From positions 544,001-608,000 of the forward strand of contig OY764159.1 in NCBI GenBank assembly GCA_963668175.1: a DNA stretch of 64,000 bases, read 5' to 3'. This DNA comes from Syntrophales bacterium. Its GTDB lineage: Bacteria; Desulfobacterota; Syntrophia; Syntrophales; PHBD01. The notes beneath the pieces were generated by a model that ran no database searches, was not told where the DNA came from, and saw nothing but the letters and a program-made list of their open reading frames with translations. The position numbers were made by a program, and so were the translations under genes. Shown here one piece after another: positions 1 to 8,387 of the stretch (position 1 is the stretch's first letter; every line of letters starts with the position of its first letter).

Positions 1-1
1 A

Positions 2-34
2 GATATCCAGGCGGTTTACGAAGACGCTTATTAG
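2..34 (+). CDS. 3' end of an upstream gene, probably an iron-containing alcohol dehydrogenase (4-hydroxybutyrate dehydrogenase-like); partial
   Basis: Reads DIQAVYEDAY-stop, resembling Fe-ADH C-termini; lies upstream of abfD. Only 10 codons visible. Confidence 0.4.
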   Translation, partial: DIQAVYEDAY

Positions 35-342
35 GGTTCTTTCCTATTGCGCCTATGTTGCGTGCGCGGGCATTCCCGGGGATTTGGATCAATATCTTGC
101 GTGACACAGGTCAAACCGGTTCTGCTTACCGCTCTGTCCCCGACCTCACTTGCCCGGGGGTTCGTCTCCGTGCTTCCTGAATGATGGCAAGACTTCGTCA
201 TCAAAGGCTACACCGTCGAGGAAGTGATTGTGGAAGTAAAAATGAATTTTTCTAAGGTTAGAACATATCCATCAGCATCAGGAATGGCGCTGCTATCAGG
301 CACCGCCCCGCCTCCAACCAGCATGTGAATGAGGTATAGATT

Positions 343-1794
343 ATGCCGTTGAAAACACCCGAAGCGTATGAAGAAAGTCTGCGTAAGATGAATCTGAAGG
401 TCTATCTGTTGGGTGAAGAGATCAAGAATGTCGTCGATCACCCCATCATCAGGCCGTCCATGAATTCCGTGAAAATGACCTATGCGCTCGCGCAGGACCC
501 GGAGTACGCCGAGCTGATGACGGCCACGTCCTCCTTGACGGGAAAGAAGATCAACCGTTTCTGCCACCTGCACCAGAGCCCCGAGGACCTGATCAAGAAA
601 GTCAAGATGCAGCGACTCTTGGGCCAAAAGACGGCCGCATGCTTCCAACGCTGTGTCGGCATGGACGCCATCAACGCCATGGACTCGACCACCTTCGAAA
701 TGGACCAGAAACTGGGAACCGAGTACCACAAGCGCTTCCGGAACTTCCTGCTGAAGATGCAAGAGGAGGACTGGACGGTCGACGGCGCCATGACGGACGT
801 CAAGGGTGACCGGGGACTTAATCCCGGCAAGCAGGCCGACCCGGACCTGTTCTGCCGCGTCGTCGAAAAGCGCACGGATGGCATCATCGTCCGGGGGTGC
901 AAGGCCCACCAGACGGGGGCCGTTAATTCCCATTGGATTCTCGTCATGCCCACCCTGACGATGACAAAGGAGGATGCCGATTTTGCCCTGTCGTTTGTGG
1001 CACCGGCCGACGCCGAGGGCATCTTCTATATTTACGGCCGCCAATCCTGCGATACGCGCAAGCTCGAGGGCGGTCAGTTCGACGTGGGCAACAAGGAATT
1101 CGGCGGACACGAAGCCATGATGATATTCGACGACTTGTTTGTTCCGTGGGAGAACGTCCTGATGTGCGGCGAGTATGAATTCAGCGGCACCCTGGTGGAG
1201 CGCTTCGCCGGCTACCACCGTCAGAGTTACGGCGGCTGCAAGGTCGGTGTGGGCGACGTCCTGATCGGCGCGGCGGCTCTCGCGGCGGATTACAACGGCG
1301 CCAACAAGGCTTCCCATGTGAATGATAAACTGATCGAGATGATGCATCTGAATGAAACGCTCTATTCCTGCGGGATCGCCTGCTCGGCGGAAGGCCACAG
1401 AACCGCGTCGGGGAACTTCCTCATTGACCTGCTGCTGGCGAATGTCTGCAAGCAGAACGTCACCCGATTCCCTTACGAAATAGTCCGTCTGGCCGAGGAC
1501 ATTGCCGGCGGGCTTATGGTAACCATGCCTTCCGAGAAAGACCTCCGGCATCCGGTCGCGGGCAAATATGTGGAGAAATTTCTCCGCGGCGTTCCTTCGG
1601 TTCCCACGGAGTATCGCATGCGGATCCTGCGACTTATCGAGAACATCACGCTCGGAACGGCGGCCGTCGGTTACCGTACGGAGTCGATGCACGGCGCCGG
1701 ATCGCCCCAAGCACAGCGCATCATGATCTCGCGCCAGGGCAACCTGGAGCAGAAGAAGGCGCTCGCGAAAAGGATCGCCGGCATCCCCAAATGA
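343..1794 (+). CDS. abfD: 4-hydroxybutyryl-CoA dehydratase / vinylacetyl-CoA delta-isomerase
   Basis: 483 aa HpaB/AbfD family; CFQRC and HRQSYGGC Fe-S ligand motifs, MTDVKGDR, ESMHGAGS; RBS GAGGT. Confidence 0.93.
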   Translation: MPLKTPEAYEESLRKMNLKVYLLGEEIKNVVDHPIIRPSMNSVKMTYALAQDPEYAELMTATSSLTGKKINRFCHLHQSPEDLIKKVKMQRLLGQKTAACFQRCVGMDAINAMDSTTFEMDQKLGTEYHKRFRNFLLKMQEEDWTVDGAMTDVKGDRGLNPGKQADPDLFCRVVEKRTDGIIVRGCKAHQTGAVNSHWILVMPTLTMTKEDADFALSFVAPADAEGIFYIYGRQSCDTRKLEGGQFDVGNKEFGGHEAMMIFDDLFVPWENVLMCGEYEFSGTLVERFAGYHRQSYGGCKVGVGDVLIGAAALAADYNGANKASHVNDKLIEMMHLNETLYSCGIACSAEGHRTASGNFLIDLLLANVCKQNVTRFPYEIVRLAEDIAGGLMVTMPSEKDLRHPVAGKYVEKFLRGVPSVPTEYRMRILRLIENITLGTAAVGYRTESMHGAGSPQAQRIMISRQGNLEQKKALAKRIAGIPK

Positions 1795-1906
1795 GCACCA
1801 GGCCGGTTAAGCAATAGCGGCCGATCCCGGCGGGACGTCCGGGACGCAGGAACATAAGGATCCGGTCGCTGATATGCAAGCAGCATCTTTCGGAGAGCAA
1901 AAGGGC

Positions 1907-2209
1907 ATGGAGGCCAAAGACCGGGAAATCGAAATACTGGCGGTCCTGGACAGGCAGGTCAGGCCGATACTCGCCGCGCATCAGGGAGGCATTGAACTCA
2001 CCAAGATCGAAGCAGGGGTCGTTCATCTGCGGATCCTCGGAGCCTGTGCTGCCTGTATCGGAGCCGAACAGACCATCAGAGACGTTATCGTGGCCGGCAT
2101 CCGCGAATCTTGTCCCTGGATCACCGATGTGTGCGTCGCGGCGGGTGTCAGCGATGATTTCGCCAGGGAAGCCATCAATTTCCTTAAGAAACGACGGGAT
2201 AGCCGATGA
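1907..2209 (+). CDS. NifU C-terminal domain (Nfu) Fe-S carrier protein
   Basis: VRPILAAHQGGIEL...GACAAC signature; start probably ATG 1907 (ORF open from 1874). Confidence 0.85.
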   Translation: MEAKDREIEILAVLDRQVRPILAAHQGGIELTKIEAGVVHLRILGACAACIGAEQTIRDVIVAGIRESCPWITDVCVAAGVSDDFAREAINFLKKRRDSR

Positions 2210-2550
2210 AATTATCCATCCAGTTCTGCGGAGGCTGCAATCCCAGGATAGACAGAGGCAATATAGCCCGTGAATTGCAGAAGGCTGGTACCGACATAGG
2301 GTTGGATGTCGTCCTCAACAGTCCTGATGCCGATATCACGGTCTTCTTGAGCGGTTGTTTGTCGGGATGCGCTCTCAAGTACAATCCTCACGATCCTCCT
2401 TATGTAGAAGTCGCAGCAGCTACTGTGGACGGCATTGACGTGCCTGAGGAGAGGATCGTTGCAGAAGTGATGATGAAAGTGAGGCAAATGCATGATCGAT
2501 TGGAAGCAGAAATATGTCAAAAAAATCGTGAGCGCCGAGACGGCGCTTAA
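2206..2550 (+). CDS. Small Cys-rich hypothetical protein (FCGGCNPR..D; GCLSGC), putative Fe-S binding
   Basis: ATGA overlap with the NifU gene; two Cys pairs; overlaps the next gene by 59 nt. Confidence 0.75.
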   Translation: MKLSIQFCGGCNPRIDRGNIARELQKAGTDIGLDVVLNSPDADITVFLSGCLSGCALKYNPHDPPYVEVAAATVDGIDVPEERIVAEVMMKVRQMHDRLEAEICQKNRERRDGA

Positions 2551-3787
2551 GCACGTGAAGAGCGGCGATCGTGTCGTTATCGGTCATGCCTGCGGCGAAC
2601 CGCCCACGCTGGTCGAAGCCTTGGTGGCCCGTGCACCGGAGATCAAAGGAGTGGAAGTGGTCCACATGGTGGCCATGGGACCGGCGAAGTATGCCCAACC
2701 GGGAATGGAGGGAAGTTTCCGTCATAATTCTCTCTTTGTCGGGGCGACAAGCCGTAAGGCCGTCGCCGAAGGCCGTGCTCTCCATACTCCCTGTTTTTTT
2801 TCCGAAATTCCCCGGCTCTTCACCTGGCGAATCCTTCCTGTCGACGTAACGCTCATGCAAGTCACGCCTCCTGATGCCGACGGTTATTGCAGCCTTGGGG
2901 TTTCCGTGGACTATACGCTCGCCGCGGCTCGTTCGGACCGTGTGACCATCGTCCAAATGAACAGGTTCTTGCCCCGAACCCTCGGAGACAAAATACATTT
3001 GGACGAAATAGACTGTATCGTGGAGAAAGACGAGCCTCTGATTGAACTCAAACCCCCGGCCATCGGCGATGTTGAGAAGGCCATCGGAGAGAACGTGGCC
3101 AAGCTCATAGAGGACGGCTCGACACTGCAGATGGGTATCGGTGCAATCCCCGATGCGGTGCTGCTTTTCCTGAAAGAGAAAAAGGAGCTTGGCGTCCATA
3201 CCGAAATGTTTTCGGACGGGATCGTGGCCCTGGCAGAAGCAGGCGTGGTCACGAACAAAAAGAAGACGATCAACACCGGCAAGTTTGTCGCGACGTTTCT
3301 GATGGGCACACGTAAGCTATACGATTTCGTCGACAATAATCCCGATGTGATCATGCGCCCGGTTGATTATACCAATGACCCATTCATCATCGGACAGCAC
3401 GACCGGATGGTTTCCATTAATGCCGCTCTCCAGGTCGACCTGATGGGTCAGGTCAATGCCGAGATGATCGGCCGCAGCCAATTCAGCGGTGTCGGCGGAC
3501 AGGTTGATTTCGTCCGCGGGGCGAGCCGCTCCAAGGGCGGGAAATCCATTATCGCCTTGCCCGCCACGGCAGCTAAAGGCACCGTGTCAAGGATTACGTG
3601 TGAACTCGACAGGGGCTCCGCCGTGACCACCTCTCGCAATGATATCCACTTCATCGTGACCCAGTACGGTACAGCCGACCTCCGCGGACAAAGCATCCGC
3701 GAGCGGGCCCGTGCGCTCATCGCCATTGCGGACCCGGCGTTCCGGGATTCACTCTCTGTGCAAGCCAAAGAGGCAGGCATTCTTTAA
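2492..3787 (+). CDS. cat2: 4-hydroxybutyrate CoA-transferase (acetyl-CoA hydrolase/transferase family)
   Basis: 431 aa; LQMGIGAIP, HTEM (catalytic Glu), SGVGGQVDF motifs; adjacent to abfD. Confidence 0.88.
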   Translation: MIDWKQKYVKKIVSAETALKHVKSGDRVVIGHACGEPPTLVEALVARAPEIKGVEVVHMVAMGPAKYAQPGMEGSFRHNSLFVGATSRKAVAEGRALHTPCFFSEIPRLFTWRILPVDVTLMQVTPPDADGYCSLGVSVDYTLAAARSDRVTIVQMNRFLPRTLGDKIHLDEIDCIVEKDEPLIELKPPAIGDVEKAIGENVAKLIEDGSTLQMGIGAIPDAVLLFLKEKKELGVHTEMFSDGIVALAEAGVVTNKKKTINTGKFVATFLMGTRKLYDFVDNNPDVIMRPVDYTNDPFIIGQHDRMVSINAALQVDLMGQVNAEMIGRSQFSGVGGQVDFVRGASRSKGGKSIIALPATAAKGTVSRITCELDRGSAVTTSRNDIHFIVTQYGTADLRGQSIRERARALIAIADPAFRDSLSVQAKEAGIL

Positions 3788-4326
3788 CGGCTTCGTCAGG
3801 CTCAATTGCGTGGTCTTTGCGTCCGGATAAAAACGCAGCTATCGCTCGAGAGTGCGGCGCTTGTTAACCGGCTCCATGTTCAAGAAAGGAAAATCCATAC
3901 ACACCGTTTTCCGCGTTTACATCGGGAAGAGCTGACTTCTTCCTCCACATGCCTCTCTACTAGACGTCTTCGCGTCGATCCAAGGTCCCATAAATGTTTC
4001 CTGCACTTCATACCCGGAGATTCTGCTCCGACTCTGCGCGCCGCACGAAGAACAACCGAGGGCAAAAAAGGATAGGGTTCTTTTCCATCATCGCGGCAGA
4101 CGAATTCATCGCTACGATGGCCGGCCTTGAAAAAAGACGCGGGTTGGAAAACCGGGCCGGACGGCAAATCCGCACCGACGTCGCCCGCAAAGTAATCTGA
4201 CGGCTCCGCAAGCACACCGATCCGGTTTCAGCCGGATATTCGCTTCGGCAAAGAGGAAAGCTCCGCCATTCAACCTGTTCATCTCAGGCCATGCGGATTA
4301 TGCTGCTTTTTTCCGGATACGGAGGC

Positions 4327-4623
4327 TTACGAAAAGATGAACTTCTTGATACATCGGGTGACGGCAACTGATTTCAAGTATTTGATCCTTCTTCGATTAT
4401 ACTCCATGTGGCGTACGCGGCTCGGCTTATCGTCCTCTTGGCCCGGCCAGTAGATGATATTCCGTCCGCGCTCATCCTTCTGGCGGCATTCATTAAAAAG
4501 ACGTTGTTCATCCGCCGTTAAATGCCTTTGAACCGAATAGTCCACAACTTTCTCTCGTACGAGTAAAATCAATATGATGAGCAAGATAATCAATAAGGAT
4601 ATGTCGATCAAGGCATACGTCAT
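4327..4623 (-). CDS. Hypothetical small protein with one N-terminal transmembrane helix
   Basis: 98 aa; hydrophobic run LIDISLLIILLIILILLV followed by a charged domain; no family recognised. Confidence 0.5.
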   Translation of the reverse strand: MTYALIDISLLIILLIILILLVREKVVDYSVQRHLTADEQRLFNECRQKDERGRNIIYWPGQEDDKPSRVRHMEYNRRRIKYLKSVAVTRCIKKFIFS

Positions 4624-5107
4624 GTTTATTCTGCGGCGACATCCCGATTTGTAATCGCAGGGTAGCGGCTAGACAATTCCTTATCCTCCCGAAAAGGCGA
4701 TGCCTTTTCGTAAGCCGCTCCCTGAATAATATTTGTCCGGTTTTGCCGTTCCCTATAGCATAAAAATCCCTGCATCGGTATTAAAATCGCCCCGCCAACC
4801 GTTGTTTCGTGCCCGCCGCTCATGCCGATGCAATCCGGCAATAAAGACGAGCCATATGGTCATAGGCGTAATTTTACCTTATAAATGAAAGCGTTTGACC
4901 TGTGGATGAAAATCAAGTACCGTATTGTCATATATTTCGGGATATACAGGCATTGTTTGGCAGCTTGACCGCGTGCACAAGCGAAGAGCATGGGACTTGC
5001 CTACCATGAACATATGGCCTGTCAGCGTGATGCGAATTTATATGTATTAATAACGGGTAAGATATGTTATCAATCTTATAACATTCGTTCAGGGAAGAGG
5101 TTTTCTG

Positions 5108-5968
5108 ATGGAACAAACGGGCGAAAGCGTCAGCAAGCTATTCCGAAAATTCCATATGTGCGAATCTTATGTCCGGCAGGGTAAAATCGCCGCCTGTATT
5201 ATCCTGTTCCTGGAGGTGATGGAGAAGATTCCGCAGGCACCGTTGCTCACCAAAGAAAGAAAGCTCCTCATGGACGGCATTTTTGATTTGCAGCGCAATC
5301 TTGCCGCCCATAAAAACTTTAAAGAAATATTCGGCCCGGTCACTTTTGACGACACCGATTTGAAAACGACCTATGAATTCCTTAAACAGCTCCAACTCGC
5401 CCATGAAGAAGAATTGCGGGAGAGAATGGTGAAAGAAACGGCATCCAACGAAGCGGAACGCCTGGACGTCGATACCCTGGAAGAATTGGATGACGAATCC
5501 ACCCGGGAGCGGGCCACACTGGCCATCGAACATATCGACAAAGGCGACATGAACAAGGCCATCGAGATCATCGACGGCATGGATGGGGTCATTTCCTATA
5601 TCATTCACCATTACAATACCCTGGGGATACAGTTTCGGGAATCTGCGTCATACCCCGAGGCCATCACCAATTACCAAAAGGCCCTGGCGGTATACGATCA
5701 GGATGAAGGTCTCTATTACAATATGGCCAGGAGCTATTATGAGTTGGGCGAATATGATAAATCGCGCGAATCTCTTGGCCGCGCCCTCGCGATCAATCCG
5801 CAATTCAACGATGCCAGGATATTGAACAATCATTTAAAGACATCCCCGCCGCCTAAAAAAGGGTCCGCAAAAAAAAGAAGGGGGTTGATAACGCTTGTTA
5901 AACAACTGCTCGCAAGAAAAAAATCCCATCCCGTGGATGAAATCAGCGATACCACACCGGATCAGTAA
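5108..5968 (+). CDS. Tetratricopeptide-repeat protein
   Basis: C-terminal TPRs (YNTLGIQFR..AI..YQKAL; LYYNMARSY..A..L..ALAINPQF); RBS GAGG. Confidence 0.82.
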   Translation: MEQTGESVSKLFRKFHMCESYVRQGKIAACIILFLEVMEKIPQAPLLTKERKLLMDGIFDLQRNLAAHKNFKEIFGPVTFDDTDLKTTYEFLKQLQLAHEEELRERMVKETASNEAERLDVDTLEELDDESTRERATLAIEHIDKGDMNKAIEIIDGMDGVISYIIHHYNTLGIQFRESASYPEAITNYQKALAVYDQDEGLYYNMARSYYELGEYDKSRESLGRALAINPQFNDARILNNHLKTSPPPKKGSAKKRRGLITLVKQLLARKKSHPVDEISDTTPDQ

Positions 5969-5985
5969 CCTTTCCGGGGGCCTCC

Positions 5986-7641
5986 ATGTCAACCTTTTAC
6001 ATGCATAAAGATTCCACGAAATCGGAAAGCTCCGTCAATCTGTCTTACAAGAGAGTATTGGTCGTAGAGGATTTCTTCAGCTTTCGCCTGACGTTGAAGA
6101 ACATGCTCCGATCCTTCAATATCACCGATATCGATGAAGCGGCCAGCGGAGAGGAGGCCATCCGGAAAATCGCCGTCCGACGTTACGATATCATCCTGTG
6201 TGATTACAACCTGGGGCCAGGAAAGGACGGGCAGCAGGTCCTGGAAGAAGCCAAGCACCGTGAATACATCAATTATACGACGATCTTTATGATGGTAACG
6301 GCGGAAAACACCCTGGATATGTTCATGGGAGCATTGGAATACCAGCCGGACCATTATTTGATGAAACCTTTCACCAAGGACGTCCTGGAAAAGAAGATCG
6401 TCGATTTGATCCGCAAGAAAGAGAATCTCAAGGACATCGACCAAGCCATCGAAAAGAGGGATCACTCCACGGTTGTGAAACTCTGCGAGGAACTGATCGA
6501 AAAAAACGTAAAAAATCTCTCCGAACTGCTCAAACTCAAGGGCGAGTTTCTCATCAAGGCGGAACGTTATCAGGAAGCGGAGGCCTTCTACACCAAGGTC
6601 CTGGGTATGGGAAATCTTCCCTGGGCTTCCCTGGGCTTGGGGCGGGTCAAATTCGATACCGGTCACTACGAAGAATCGAAAAATATCTTCGAGAAGATCA
6701 TCGCCAAAAACAATAAATTAATGCCGGCGTATGACTGGCTGGCTAAAGCCCATGAAAAAATGGGGCAGTTCCAGGAAGCTCAGCAGATTTTGATGCAGGC
6801 CACGGAGCTCTCCCCCCGGGCCATTCTCCGTCAAAAGGCCCTCGGCAACCTGGCGTATGTCAATAACGATCTCGCAACCGCTGAAAAGGCATTCAAAGAG
6901 ACGATCAAGCAAGGCAAGTACTCCTATTTCAAGAGCCCGACCGATTACACGACGCTGGCCAAGGTCTTGACAGACAAAGGAGTAGGCGAAGACGGCATCA
7001 AGGTTTTGAGCGAGGCTCAGAAGGAATTTCCCGACAGCCCCGAGGCGGCGATGCAGATCGCCCTGGTGGAATGCTTCACGTACAGCACGATGAACAAACA
7101 GGCGGAAGCGGCCGCCGCCGCCAAGAAGGCATTAGACGCTTCACTGGCGTTTGAAGGACGGCTCCCTTCGGAAATGGAACTGGACATGGCCAAGGCCTTT
7201 TTCCTGACGGGCGATTCGACGAAAGGCACCGATCTTGTCCGCCGGATCGTACAAAGTAATCACGAAGATCACGAGAAGATCGGCCAGGTGCAAAAAATGT
7301 TCAAAGATCTCCATATGGAATCGCAGGGAGACGAGATCGTCTCCATCGCTCGCGACGAGATCATCTCCTTGAACAACGAAGGCGTGCGTCTCGTCCGGGA
7401 AGGCAATCTCCATCAGGCCATCGACTACTTCAGACGGGCTGCCCATAAACTTCCCGAAAACAAGATCATCAATGCCAATGCCGCCCAGGCCCTCATCCTC
7501 TACATGAAAAAATTCGGCGAAAAAGAACGGCTTCTGGAAAGCGTAAAGCAGTATCTGGACCGGGTCAGCGAAATCGACCCGTCGTACCGCGATCTCGCCA
7601 GGCTCACTGAGATGTACCATGAACTTCTGGGGCAAGGATAA
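5986..7641 (+). CDS. Response regulator with receiver domain and TPR array
   Basis: VLVVED, ILCDYNL (phospho-Asp), MVTAE, YLMKPF, then multiple TPRs; no DNA-binding domain evident. Confidence 0.88.
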   Translation: MSTFYMHKDSTKSESSVNLSYKRVLVVEDFFSFRLTLKNMLRSFNITDIDEAASGEEAIRKIAVRRYDIILCDYNLGPGKDGQQVLEEAKHREYINYTTIFMMVTAENTLDMFMGALEYQPDHYLMKPFTKDVLEKKIVDLIRKKENLKDIDQAIEKRDHSTVVKLCEELIEKNVKNLSELLKLKGEFLIKAERYQEAEAFYTKVLGMGNLPWASLGLGRVKFDTGHYEESKNIFEKIIAKNNKLMPAYDWLAKAHEKMGQFQEAQQILMQATELSPRAILRQKALGNLAYVNNDLATAEKAFKETIKQGKYSYFKSPTDYTTLAKVLTDKGVGEDGIKVLSEAQKEFPDSPEAAMQIALVECFTYSTMNKQAEAAAAAKKALDASLAFEGRLPSEMELDMAKAFFLTGDSTKGTDLVRRIVQSNHEDHEKIGQVQKMFKDLHMESQGDEIVSIARDEIISLNNEGVRLVREGNLHQAIDYFRRAAHKLPENKIINANAAQALILYMKKFGEKERLLESVKQYLDRVSEIDPSYRDLARLTEMYHELLGQG

Positions 7642-7643
7642 CT

Positions 7644-8339
7644 ATGGCTGCCAAAATTGAATTTGCGGATGTTCTCGCGTCGACCCTCCATGATACAAAA
7701 AATTCTCTGGGCATGCTGTTCAACACGATGGAGAGACTGATCGGCCAATGTCAGGACCAGCCCTGCGGTCTGTATCACGAATTCTATATGCTCCAGTACG
7801 AGATCAAGCGTCTCAATCACAGCCTCATCAGATTGCTGACGCTCTACAAAGCCGAAAAAGCTCAGCTTGCAATAGATATCGATTATCACTCGGTCTATGA
7901 GTTCATCGACGACATCATCCTGCAAAATCAGCCTATCTTGAACTCGCGGGGAATCGACATCGAACTGGAATGTCCCGACACCCTCTTTAAGGCTTTCGAC
8001 AGGACACTGGTTGCAGGGGTCCTCGACAACGTTCTCAACAACGCTTTCCGTTATACCAAGGACAAGTTGAGGGTTTTCGCCAGAGAAAGCGACGGCTATC
8101 TGGCATTGAGCGTTGAAGACAACGGCCCCGGTTACCCCGAAGCTATGATCGTGCACGACAGCCGTGAAGCCGATCCAACCAAGAAAACCGTCGATTTCGA
8201 ATCGGGCAGCACCGGCCTCGGGCTTTATTTCTCCATGCTTATCGCCCATTCGCACCGTAACAATGACCTTGAAGGCTACATCTCCATGGTCAACGGCGGT
8301 ACATACGGCGGCGGCGTCTTTACCATCTTTCTGCCGTAG
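7644..8339 (+). CDS. Cytoplasmic histidine kinase without sensor domain (DHp + HATPase_c)
   Basis: H-box LHDTKNSL at residue ~15, N-box NVLNNAFRY, G1 EDNGPG, G2 GSTGLGL; 231 aa, no TM segment. Confidence 0.85.
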   Translation: MAAKIEFADVLASTLHDTKNSLGMLFNTMERLIGQCQDQPCGLYHEFYMLQYEIKRLNHSLIRLLTLYKAEKAQLAIDIDYHSVYEFIDDIILQNQPILNSRGIDIELECPDTLFKAFDRTLVAGVLDNVLNNAFRYTKDKLRVFARESDGYLALSVEDNGPGYPEAMIVHDSREADPTKKTVDFESGSTGLGLYFSMLIAHSHRNNDLEGYISMVNGGTYGGGVFTIFLP

Positions 8340-8387
8340 CCGCCGGCATTCCGCCCCATCCCGGGATGGCCCGGTTTATTGCAACGG

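Noticed and set aside
208..1710. 500-aa minus-strand ORF, and similar long antisense ORFs (22144-23223, 27363-28451, 40889-42178, 57400-58476, 62876-63781)
   Set aside because: They lie opposite well-supported genes and have no recognisable motifs; typical shadow ORFs in GC-rich coding DNA.
3788..4320. Short ORFs (3806-4075, 3880-4215, 3994-4200) and GGCAAA...CGCAAAG / GACGCAAAG words suggestive of a c-di-GMP-I riboswitch
   Set aside because: ORFs lack an RBS or motifs; the GAAA tetraloop stem and P1 pairing of the riboswitch are absent.
4958..4973. TGGCAGCTTGACCGCG as a sigma54 promoter for the TPR module
   Set aside because: GG-N10-GC spacing fits but the -12 element has CCGC instead of TTGC; too weak alone.
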